IMG/VR virus record: IMGVR_UViG_3300021976_000001
DNA from: a virus
DNA length: 64,000 bases
Strand: one strand, 5' to 3'
The notes beneath the pieces are model-generated. The model was given only the letters and a program-made list of their open reading frames with translations. It had not been told where the DNA came from and ran no database searches. Made by a program: the position numbers and the translations under genes. Below, in pieces: positions 42,701 to 50,319 of this stretch; within the stretch, counting starts at the first letter, position 1; the number at the start of each line of letters is the position of its first letter.

Positions 42701-44671
42701 TTACGTTCTGCTCGCAAGGATCTTCCTCCTGCTGTCCAAGATGTGCTGCTGGGCAGTCCTCTTGTCGTCGGATTCAACCATCTTCTCTTCGTCAATCGTG
42801 TCTTTGGCCCGATAGTGGTAGATGGTCACCTGGTGCATGCGGCTAACACGATGGAACCTGTCTTCAGCCTGCTCCTGGTCGTCGGGTGCCCACGTCTCAT
42901 CCAGGAAGTGGGCTGTGTCGCTACGGTCCAGCGTGAGAGCCACACCGCCCGCCGTGGTCACCACGCACAACACCTTCACTTTGCCGGCTTGGAAGTCCCC
43001 AACTAGGGCAGGGCGGTCCTTCATGTTGTCACCACTGATGATGCCCACGCTCACACCCTTAGCGGTCAACGTGCGAGCGACAAGGTCAACCATGCGCTTG
43101 CTCTGGCTGAAGATGGCAGTACTGTCTTCGCTGCTGCCATCCAGAATACCGGCCTCTTCCAGGCGCTCCCAAAGGGCATCCAGCTTGGCAGACTTCAACG
43201 TAGGCATCACGGCATCACCATCCAGATCGCATAGACTGCCTGCGAACTGCTGAAGCCGTGTGTACTGTGCCAGCACACTGCTAGCGCTGATCGTACCTTT
43301 GCCCACAACGGCGCAACTCTCTTCAAGCATTGAGACGTATTGCGCCCACTGCAACCCGACCAGTTCCACCCACACGTCCACGTGCTGCTTCGCCGGCAAC
43401 CAAGGTGCACACTCCGCCTTGGTCCTGCGTAGCGCATAGGGCATCAGGTATTGAAAGAACTCGTCCTGACGATCCTCACGCAAGCCACCGATCACTTTCC
43501 CGAAGCCGTTGTCGTTAACCTCAAAGAACATATCAACAAAGTTCCAGAAGCTAGTGAATACATCTGGACGAAGATAGTGGAGTATCCCCCAAATGTCAGC
43601 ACCCTTCTTCTTCATCGGCGTACCGCTTAGTGCTATGGGCTTCTCTCGGTGCAGATCGTAGACACTCTTGGCGGTAAGGCTGCGCTGGTTGCGGATGTTA
43701 CCCTTGTGCACCTCATCGTTCACAACGGTACGCCAACGGGTGTCACCCAACGCAGGGAAGCGAGTGGTGTAGTGCCAGTGCGGATCAACCAGCCGAGCGC
43801 AATCGCACGCCTTGTACCACTCTTTCGGCTTGGCCCTGTAGGCGACCTTTCCCTCGTTGATGGGGTCCTTCTCGTAACGGATCATCTCGGGGTTGACCAC
43901 CACCCACTTAACAGGCGCCGTGCTGACCTGGAACTGATCCAAGATCTTCTGTCGCTGCACCCGGGTTCCAGTGGGCAGGTAGATTTCCACCTCGTTGTCC
44001 AGTGCTGCATCGGCCTGCCAACGCTCCAGCTCCGGTCCCCACACCGTTTCCACGGCACCCTTGGGGCATATCACCAAGTGATTGCCGACGTGCCGCTGGC
44101 TCTCCCACACTTCGGCGATGGTCTCAGGCGTCTTGCCTAGGCCCTGGTGGTTGAAGTTGCCGGGTGCCGCACTGTCTGCCATGAAGCGAACGTCAGCCGT
44201 TTGGTAGCTGCCCCAGGTGCCGTCCCAGTAGTCCACGCCTGCACCGCACATCGTGCTGAACACCGAAGCCGCTACATCCAACTCCTGCGAAGTTCCACCG
44301 TTGTCGGTGTACTGCTTTCCCAGGGGACCCAGGTACAGCGCCCGATACAACGTGGGCAGCAGGTACGGCAGATGCTCTAATACCCCGCTGGTTCCCGCTG
44401 AGATGCTGCCCAGGCGTGTCTCGGCTTGCGCAGCCTCATATGCCCAGCTTCGCAACTCTGGGCCGATCTGAAGGGCCTCTCTGCCCTCACCGAAACCTTT
44501 GCGCAGCAGCCGACATACCGTCATGTCCAACGGTACCGACCACGGTCGTCCAGGCCTGTCCTTCAGCCAGCGTCTACCCGGCACCGACTTGATCACCTTC
44601 AATCCGGCACGAAAGTCCCCATCCCAGTTGACGATGATTCGGTTGTCTTCCCGCTCGCAGTACCCGGTCAC
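42701..44671 (-). CDS. SNF2-family helicase
   Basis: DEVHKGN (DExH box), LSGTPMKKKGADIWGILHYL (SNF2 motif III) and a C-terminal helicase domain. GTG start in a GTGA overlap with the GNAT stop. Confidence 0.8.
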   Translation of the reverse strand: MTGYCEREDNRIIVNWDGDFRAGLKVIKSVPGRRWLKDRPGRPWSVPLDMTVCRLLRKGFGEGREALQIGPELRSWAYEAAQAETRLGSISAGTSGVLEHLPYLLPTLYRALYLGPLGKQYTDNGGTSQELDVAASVFSTMCGAGVDYWDGTWGSYQTADVRFMADSAAPGNFNHQGLGKTPETIAEVWESQRHVGNHLVICPKGAVETVWGPELERWQADAALDNEVEIYLPTGTRVQRQKILDQFQVSTAPVKWVVVNPEMIRYEKDPINEGKVAYRAKPKEWYKACDCARLVDPHWHYTTRFPALGDTRWRTVVNDEVHKGNIRNQRSLTAKSVYDLHREKPIALSGTPMKKKGADIWGILHYLRPDVFTSFWNFVDMFFEVNDNGFGKVIGGLREDRQDEFFQYLMPYALRRTKAECAPWLPAKQHVDVWVELVGLQWAQYVSMLEESCAVVGKGTISASSVLAQYTRLQQFAGSLCDLDGDAVMPTLKSAKLDALWERLEEAGILDGSSEDSTAIFSQSKRMVDLVARTLTAKGVSVGIISGDNMKDRPALVGDFQAGKVKVLCVVTTAGGVALTLDRSDTAHFLDETWAPDDQEQAEDRFHRVSRMHQVTIYHYRAKDTIDEEKMVESDDKRTAQQHILDSRRKILASRT

Positions 44672-44988
44672 GACGGCTGCCTCCGCAGGTGCATGTCCGG
44701 TTCCTTGACCCACACGAAGCCGTGTCGCAGGTACCAGTCTCGTAGCTGCATCTTTGTCAGTCCACCGGTGGCCAGAGGTGTCAGGGCCAGTTCAACACCT
44801 TCTGCATCGGCGTCAAATATGATGAGACCTAGAAGCGTGGTGCCGTAGCCCCTGCCTCTAACTTGTGTCGGCACGTTAATCCTATGGATCCACCAGGCGG
44901 TAGGGTCAAGTAGAGGGGGCTCCGATAGATCCGCTATACAGATGCGCCCCGGGTGCTCTGCCAGGTGGATGGAGTATGCGTTCTTCAT
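44668..44988 (-). CDS. small GNAT-type N-acetyltransferase (106 aa)
   Basis: QVRGRGYGTTLL resembles GNAT motif A (R/Q-x-x-G-x-G/A). Confidence 0.55.
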   Translation of the reverse strand: MKNAYSIHLAEHPGRICIADLSEPPLLDPTAWWIHRINVPTQVRGRGYGTTLLGLIIFDADAEGVELALTPLATGGLTKMQLRDWYLRHGFVWVKEPDMHLRRQPS

Positions 44989-45152
44989 GCCACGGGTGTC
45001 CGGCGCAGCCCCAGAGCGTGCGCCCGTCCAGACACTGAACCCTGCGTGCGCTCCAGGTGCATGGCGATCAAGTCGGTCTCTTCAGTGGGCCACATGCCTT
45101 TCAAGGTCTCGTCCTCTTCAGGGGTCCAGGTCTGGCGCTTGCGCTTGTTCAT
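44985..45152 (-). CDS. Myb/SANT-like DNA-binding protein (55 aa)
   Basis: Hand-translated MNKRKRQTWTPEEDETLKGMWPTEETDLIAMHLERTQGSVSGRAHALGL. ATGA overlaps on both sides. Confidence 0.5.
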   Translation of the reverse strand: MNKRKRQTWTPEEDETLKGMWPTEETDLIAMHLERTQGSVSGRAHALGLRRTPVA

Positions 45153-45784
45153 CCCACCTTCTCCATCTCGTCAAAGCAGTCGTCCGTGTTCTCGCAAGTC
45201 ATCTTAGCAGACTTGGAGTGGGTCAGGACAGACAAGTGACAACGAGGACAGCGGTACACATGCATAGGATTGGGGTTGGGTACATCGCCCATGGCGTAAC
45301 TGGCCAGCTGCAAATCTTCGTTGTGCTCCAGCCAGTCCACCCACACTTCACCGATTAGGCCAACGTGGTCACCGGTATCACCCTTGCTCATGATGCCGTA
45401 GTCAGCCATCTTCTCGTGGAAGGCATCGGTGTGGACGTTATCCACCATCGGGTAGCCCAACCACTGCATCCACAGGTGGACAAGTTCGTGAGCCAGAATC
45501 TCAGCAGCGTCCAGACCGGTGTCCATCTTGAACGGATCCACTGTGATCTTGTGCGGTAGGAAGTAGCCGTCCGCCGGGCGATACTCACCTCGGCGCTCAC
45601 CCGGTATGGGTTCAAACGAGACCACGGGGAACGGCATGCTGCCCACGTCCTTCCCGAAGAACTCAACCACGGTGCGGTCTATGAACATATGGATGGCCTT
45701 GAAGAAGCTACCGACTTCCGGGTGATCCTCCTGATGCTGGCGTAGCAACAAAGCTATCTGTCCAGTAGTGGCCGTGTCGGACAT
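45149..45784 (-). CDS. SprT-like zinc metalloprotease
   Basis: HELVHLWMQ is the HExxH motif. A C-terminal zinc-ribbon-like CPRC...C...C is present. Confidence 0.6.
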   Translation of the reverse strand: MSDTATTGQIALLLRQHQEDHPEVGSFFKAIHMFIDRTVVEFFGKDVGSMPFPVVSFEPIPGERRGEYRPADGYFLPHKITVDPFKMDTGLDAAEILAHELVHLWMQWLGYPMVDNVHTDAFHEKMADYGIMSKGDTGDHVGLIGEVWVDWLEHNEDLQLASYAMGDVPNPNPMHVYRCPRCHLSVLTHSKSAKMTCENTDDCFDEMEKVG

Positions 45785-45865
45785 GTGAGTGCCTTTCAGT
45801 CTCTCGGTGTGCCGCCTGAGCGGGCGAGATGGGCAGCATTGCGGTATACCTGGGCACCATCCATC

Positions 45866-46069
45866 TCAGGGGCTTAGCAGCTCTTCCTTTGTGACACGGA
45901 TAACTTCAAGCTGCCATCCAGTGTGCAGGTACTCCCGCCACACCAACGTCCAGCCAGTGATCAACGCAAGCTGAGTATTGACGCAAGACAGCGGTATCGC
46001 TGGCACGTTGTAAGTAGGTGGCCGTGGTGGGTGCACCTGTCCGCAATCCGGGCACTCGTCCTCATCCAT
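45866..46069 (-). CDS. hypothetical protein (67 aa)
   Basis: ORF track; has CPDC near the N-terminus. Confidence 0.45.
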   Translation of the reverse strand: MDEDECPDCGQVHPPRPPTYNVPAIPLSCVNTQLALITGWTLVWREYLHTGWQLEVIRVTKEELLSP

Positions 46070-46146
46070 GATCTGCTCCTGCTGTTGTAGTCATTACAAG
46101 GCCCGGACGTAGGCATCTCCGCCCGGACCCTGTAGAACTACAGCCG

Positions 46147-47169
46147 CTAGGTCAGGCGCCTTTTGGTGCCCAGGTCCACCGTAGTGGCGGCATCGCTGCC
46201 CCTGTTGAACGCACGATGGTTGATCTTCTTCTCGCCGCCCTGGGCGTAGCTGGGCTTCAGGTAGGCGTGGTCTCGGCAGTAGCCGCTCTTCGCCCTGGCA
46301 CAGCGAGGGCAACTGTCACGCCCAGTAGTCAGGCTACCGGCTCGGGGCTGGGGGCGGAACTGCGGATACTCTGTGTAGAAGGCTTCACGCACAGCTTCAC
46401 TACGGCCAGCTAAGATGAGGGTCTGAGATTCCTCGCCCTTGTCGTAGCGCATGCGCAGCAACCGCATGTAGATCTCCTGCACGAAGCCGTCGGCGTAGCT
46501 GCTGCGCCACGTCTTCACGTTCATGCCCTGACCCATTAACATCTCGGGATCTTCACCACGGGCGATCGCCTCGGCCTTGTACAGGCGCCGTGCCTTGCCG
46601 GCATTGCGGCCGACACCTGCCGGAGTGTTGATCAGCTCCAACTTCTTGCCCCACAGCACGTAGGCGATCCTCCAGCCTTCCATGCCTGCGTGGCGCATGC
46701 GGTAGGCGTTGGCCTGGTCGCTCTCATTGGAGTTGTAGCTGGGCTCCAGGTGCTCACCAAAGGCGAGCCGGGCACTGGTGTAGAGCATTTCCCCGTACCG
46801 CAGGTCGCTCTCGTAGCCCACCACCCGCATCACACGCCACGTGACATCATCCACGTTGGCCATGGTGTACACCGCCTGGGCGCCCACGTGCTGGACGATG
46901 CTGCTGGCCATCTGCTGATATTGATCTCGGAACTCATTCACCAGCGGACAGATGTTCCACACCGCCCAGACCGGCATCAGACCCGTGCCCACAGGTGCAG
47001 CCGCTGCCAGCATTGACTCCTCAATGCGGTACTGGAACATCAAGGCTTCGGCCTTTTCCCGGAAGCTGGCAGCTTCCTCGGGAAACTGGTCTTGGGTGCT
47101 GTCCGCCTTGGCGATCAGATGCTGGACCCGCTTGATCAGCTTGTCCAGTTGGCCTGTGTCGGTGGTCAT
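46147..47169 (-). CDS. DUF2786-like protein (340 aa)
   Basis: N-terminal LDKLIKRVQHLIAKADST...EEAASFREKAEALMFQY resembles the DUF2786 helix pair. Confidence 0.5.
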   Translation of the reverse strand: MTTDTGQLDKLIKRVQHLIAKADSTQDQFPEEAASFREKAEALMFQYRIEESMLAAAAPVGTGLMPVWAVWNICPLVNEFRDQYQQMASSIVQHVGAQAVYTMANVDDVTWRVMRVVGYESDLRYGEMLYTSARLAFGEHLEPSYNSNESDQANAYRMRHAGMEGWRIAYVLWGKKLELINTPAGVGRNAGKARRLYKAEAIARGEDPEMLMGQGMNVKTWRSSYADGFVQEIYMRLLRMRYDKGEESQTLILAGRSEAVREAFYTEYPQFRPQPRAGSLTTGRDSCPRCARAKSGYCRDHAYLKPSYAQGGEKKINHRAFNRGSDAATTVDLGTKRRLT

Positions 47170-47248
47170 GTGGGTGCCCTTTCGTGAGCGACTGTTCCGT
47201 CAGGGTACACGATCGTGATGGACCTTAGCAAACGCTCGTCTGTGACCG

Positions 47249-47431
47249 TCATAACTGCTTCTCCTGGTCTGTAGTGTCTCCAGCCACCAGGCGGTAGCTA
47301 GCCCAACGGATCGTCTTCAGGGCCTTCTCACGTGTCATGCCAGCACCAATCAGCGCAGTGACTAGGTCCTGCACCAGCGGCAACGTAGCCGTGCGTATGG
47401 CCTTCTCCTGGGCACGGTTGAGCGCCATCAC
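47249..47431 (-). CDS. hypothetical protein (60 aa)
   Basis: ORF track. Confidence 0.45.
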   Translation of the reverse strand: MMALNRAQEKAIRTATLPLVQDLVTALIGAGMTREKALKTIRWASYRLVAGDTTDQEKQL

Positions 47432-47787
47432 ACTTCCGCCTTGGGGAACTTGATCTCCTCAAGCCGACGCCAACCTGGCACCCACGGTCCGTAGTTCTCG
47501 GTACGCAGGAGAATGGAACGGGCGGTCTCACGGTCGTACCGGTACACGTGCTTCTCGGTCAACTGGGCTAGGTGGTAGTACTCCGCCTTTGCGATACGCA
47601 GCCGCTTGCCCCGACTGAAGTCGTAAACCGTGCCGTTCACTTCAATCCAGGCGTGCCAGTAACGCTTTCCTGCGTGCTCCTCGCTCTGGTTCACGGGCAG
47701 ACCGTGCACCAGCAAACCATCAGGAAAGCCCGGTGACATCAGGCGTTGCGCTGAGACCTGGAAGCAGTCTCCATAGTACCGAACCAT
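47428..47787 (-). CDS. hypothetical protein (~119 aa)
   Basis: Start at MVRYYGD after GGAAGGAG. Confidence 0.5.
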   Translation of the reverse strand: MVRYYGDCFQVSAQRLMSPGFPDGLLVHGLPVNQSEEHAGKRYWHAWIEVNGTVYDFSRGKRLRIAKAEYYHLAQLTEKHVYRYDRETARSILLRTENYGPWVPGWRRLEEIKFPKAEV

Positions 47788-47923
47788 CACTGCTCCTTCC
47801 TGGGTTGGGCACGGTGTCGTCCGTTGCAGCAGTTGACCCGCCCGCTTGTATGGGCAGTGTCCTCGTGAACCCACGTGAACAGTGGATGCGTGCGGATAGC
47901 CCAACCACACCAGCGACATTTCA

Positions 47924-48466
47924 TCATCGGGATACCTTCACAACGTCGGCCACGTAGACCGTACGGCTGGCTCCTGCGTAGTTCTCCACCACCGACACCT
48001 GAAGCGGCTGGTCGCCCTCCGGTCCGTAGCTGAACTCCGTGGCGTACCGGCAGGAGATCTCCTCGGTGTACTTGCGGCCGTACACAGTCCGCTGGACAGT
48101 GATCTTCACGGGTCGCCAGGACACCGAGCCGGTCTTCTCGTTCTCCACACGCACGCCCATCAGGGCTGCTTCAATCTCACCCTGGTCCGTGTCGTCGTCC
48201 CATTGGGTCCTGAGAGCCCGCTGACGCCGAGCAGGCGTGGCGTGCGCCCCGTTGGTGCCGGCACTGGGTATGCGCCCGCCTAACGGCCTGCTGTCGTGTC
48301 GTGAGAGACCCGTCAACTCCTCGTAGGCGTGCTGGGCGTAGCGCCCACGGTTCTTCTTGCCTTCGCCCAGGTTAAGAGCAACAGCCACCTGCTTCCAAGA
48401 CTGACTCTTGGCGTCCCGTTCCTCTATGATTTCCTCGGCCGTGCAAGGCCATTGCGTGCCAGTCAT
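47924..48466 (-). CDS. hypothetical protein (180 aa)
   Basis: ORF track. First gene after a terminator. Confidence 0.5.
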   Translation of the reverse strand: MTGTQWPCTAEEIIEERDAKSQSWKQVAVALNLGEGKKNRGRYAQHAYEELTGLSRHDSRPLGGRIPSAGTNGAHATPARRQRALRTQWDDDTDQGEIEAALMGVRVENEKTGSVSWRPVKITVQRTVYGRKYTEEISCRYATEFSYGPEGDQPLQVSVVENYAGASRTVYVADVVKVSR

Positions 48467-48527
48467 AACACTTCCCTCTCGTGATGCACTGGTCTGTTAC
48501 TGTCATCGTACCACACGTCGCAACCTT

Positions 48528-48562
48528 CCGAAACACAAGAAAGACCCGGCCGAAGCCGGGCC
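48528..48562 (-). terminator. intrinsic terminator
   Basis: The minus strand reads GGCCCGGC-TTCG-GCCGGGTC followed by TTTCTTGTGTTT. Confidence 0.6.
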
Positions 48563-48577
48563 TACCCGCTAAGTTCC

Positions 48578-48838
48578 TCAACCGACCAGCCTGAACGAAA
48601 CACCCTCGTTGAGACTGGTAAGCCTGGCCACAACCTGCTCGTCAGTTTCGGAACCGAAGCGTCGTGCGTCGTAAGCCTTGCCCCAGCGGCCACTCTTGTT
48701 CTGTCGTTGGATCTTGACGGTGTCGGCCTGACGATCTTCACGGCTAGCCAGAGCCTTACGTACTGAATTCATTTCACCGGCGCCTGTGATGGTTGCTCGC
48801 ATGTGGATCAGTATGCGCCTTCCAGATGTAGATCGCAA
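48578..48838 (-). CDS. hypothetical protein (64-86 aa)
   Basis: ORF track. The likely start is the internal MNSVRK at 48772. Confidence 0.45.
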   Translation of the reverse strand: MRSTSGRRILIHMRATITGAGEMNSVRKALASREDRQADTVKIQRQNKSGRWGKAYDARRFGSETDEQVVARLTSLNEGVSFRLVG

Positions 48839-48849
48839 GACCCCTCAAC

Positions 48850-48885
48850 GCAAACAAGCCGGGCAACCCCTAAGGGCCACCCGGC
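48850..48885 (-). terminator. intrinsic terminator (possibly bidirectional)
   Basis: The minus strand reads GCCGGGTGGCCC-TTAG-GGGTTGCCCGGC followed by TTGTTTGCGTT. Confidence 0.55.
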
Positions 48886-48910
48886 TCTTTGCGGTGGACT
48901 GCTGGCGATT

Positions 48911-49048
48911 TCAGTTGAAGGTCTTGAGGACCCTGATGCGCTCCAGCGAGCGCAGGACTTTGGCCTTGCCCTTGAACTGCTTCAGTTCCTCGGTCTCCTG
49001 AATGAATCTCTCCAGGTTCTGGATGAACCGTGCTTGCTTCTCGTCCAT
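48911..49048 (-). CDS. small helical protein (45 aa)
   Basis: Hand-translated MDEKQARFIQNLERFIQETEELKQFKGKAKVLRSLERIRVLKTFN, after AGAGGAAG. Confidence 0.4.
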   Translation of the reverse strand: MDEKQARFIQNLERFIQETEELKQFKGKAKVLRSLERIRVLKTFN

Positions 49049-49068
49049 GCTTCCTCTTTCTGCTGGGA

Positions 49069-49227
49069 TCAGGTACGACCGAGATCCATATCCATGGAAT
49101 GACCGTTGGCCTCATACCATCGCTGGACTTCTTCACGAGAAGCAAGCCCTTCACGGCCGTACCAATCGTTGATAGCCCGACGGATGTCGTCATCCACGTC
49201 AACCGTGTAGCTAATCTTTACCTTCAT
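49069..49227 (-). CDS. small protein (52 aa)
   Basis: Hand-translated MKVKISYTVDVDDDIRRAINDWYGREGLASREEVQRWYEANGHSMDMDLGRT, after GGAGAAGG. Confidence 0.45.
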   Translation of the reverse strand: MKVKISYTVDVDDDIRRAINDWYGREGLASREEVQRWYEANGHSMDMDLGRT

Positions 49228-49422
49228 ACACCCTTCTCCTAGTCTGGCTAGTGGGGCCGAGGCATGTGAAACCTCGCAGGCGGTCAGGCCCGTTGATCAG
49301 GCGGGTCCTTCAGGCTTTCGTACACACGTAACCCCAACGTACTTTACTGCCAAACACCGACAATGGGTGTCCTCCCTCGTGGCTGGGGGACTAATCCAAC
49401 TCACTATTCGTTGCCTGGCATT

Positions 49423-49438
49423 CCTAGCTGTAGCTAGG
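49423..49438. promoter_or_regulatory. 16-bp near-perfect palindrome CCTAGCTGTAGCTAGG
   Basis: Read directly, in the 256-nt intergenic region 49228-49483. Confidence 0.4.
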
Positions 49439-49483
49439 GGGAAGGCGGTGCCGCCCTTGCAAGCGGTACCGCTCCTCCTGACT

Positions 49484-49990
49484 TCAGCCGACCTGCTCCG
49501 CCGGGCGCTCCGAGGAGTCGCTGGCAGGAGTAGCGGTCGTTGACTTGCGGGTCGCCTTGCGGGCGGTACCCGAGGTGCCCTTGTTGGCAGGCGTCTTGCG
49601 ACCACCCAGGGCGGACTGGGACGGCTTGAGACCGTCCTTGCGCTGCGTGCGGGTGACCGTGGTCACCTTGGAGCTGACGTCGCTGCCCTTTCGGGCAGAC
49701 TTCTTGACCGTGGCCTTGGGAGCCGTGGTCTTCTCGGCAGGCTTGGGAGCCTCGGTGCCCTTGCGGTACCGTCCGCCGGTCAGCGGGCGGCTCTCGTAGT
49801 GGGCGCCCTTACGGCCGTGGCCCTCGTCGTACATGCGACGAACCGTGCTGCCGCTGACGGTGACCCCGGTCTTGCCCTCTCGGATGGCGAGCTTGATCTT
49901 GGTCCACGACAAGTTGTCCGTGTCCCGCAGCTTCACAACCTTCTTGATGAGGGCTGCATTGCGGCTGCCGTCCTTGTTGGTTGCCTTCAT
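49484..49990 (-). CDS. HTH-like DNA-binding protein with long Lys/Thr/Ala-rich basic tail
   Basis: Start at MKATNK after CAGGAG. LSWTKIKLAIREGKTGVTVSGSTVRRMY looks like a helix-turn-helix. First gene after the non-coding region. Confidence 0.55.
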   Translation of the reverse strand: MKATNKDGSRNAALIKKVVKLRDTDNLSWTKIKLAIREGKTGVTVSGSTVRRMYDEGHGRKGAHYESRPLTGGRYRKGTEAPKPAEKTTAPKATVKKSARKGSDVSSKVTTVTRTQRKDGLKPSQSALGGRKTPANKGTSGTARKATRKSTTATPASDSSERPAEQVG

Positions 49991-50177
49991 GGTTCTATCT
50001 CCTGTTCTGTTTGGTGAAGTTAATCCCCACCACGTCCAGCCTGTACTCACGCCTACCTACACTGACATCCGGTGCCCTACGAAAGACCGTGGTCATGACG
50101 CTCTGGGCTGTGGACCGTTGAGGGGAGGTACTAGCAACTGGTGAACCCCATGCGGGGTTACGTGGTGAGGAGAAGAA

Positions 50178-50249
50178 CGCCGGGCTCTACCAATTGAGCT
50201 ACCAGCCCTCGTAGTGGACTGGACGGGATTTGAACCCGTATCTCCGGCC
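50178..50249 (-). ncRNA. circularly permuted tRNA-like module (T arm - capped acceptor stem - D arm)
   Basis: The minus strand reads GGCCG GAGAT ACGGG TTCAAAT CCCGT CCAGTCC A CTACGA GGGCTGG TA GCTC AATTGGTA GAGC C CGGCG. All stems pair. U8, A14, G18G19, A21, G53-C61, TTC and A58 are present. Confidence 0.55.
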
Positions 50250-50250
50250 G

Positions 50251-50319
50251 TGGCCAGGTAGGGAGTTGAACCCTACTTACCCGTTGTCGGGGCGCTACCG
50301 AGTTGAATTCACACTGGCC
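50251..50319 (-). ncRNA. degenerate tRNA-like element (possible tRNA pseudogene or mimic)
   Basis: Acceptor GGCCAG/CTGGCC is 6 bp. The T arm TAGGG-TTCAACT-CCCTA is good. There is no D stem, and the anticodon-like loop CGACAAC lacks U33. Confidence 0.4.

Noticed and set aside
49250-50208. A tRNA gene split by a group I intron, with the 5' half at 50178-50208 and the 3' half further downstream.
   Set aside because: I searched the downstream minus strand to about 49250 for a T arm plus CCAGCCC/CCAGTCC acceptor strand. Only CCAGCCA turned up, with no adjacent T arm. The intervening sequence contains a normal protein gene.
50215-50249. The tRNA 3' half as an attP core for integration into a host tRNA gene.
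   Set aside because: The position between lysis and early genes is typical for attP. But no integrase or recombinase is recognisable anywhere in the window, and a matching 5' half follows 6 nt later, which attP would not need.
50178-50319. A standard or two-piece (permuted) tmRNA.
   Set aside because: G3:U70/A73 and the permuted order are tmRNA-like. However, the element has a full 4-bp D stem, which tmRNAs lack. The linker is only 6 nt, and I found no resume codon or tag ORF ending in Ala-Ala-stop downstream. It is kept as an alternative to test, not as the call.
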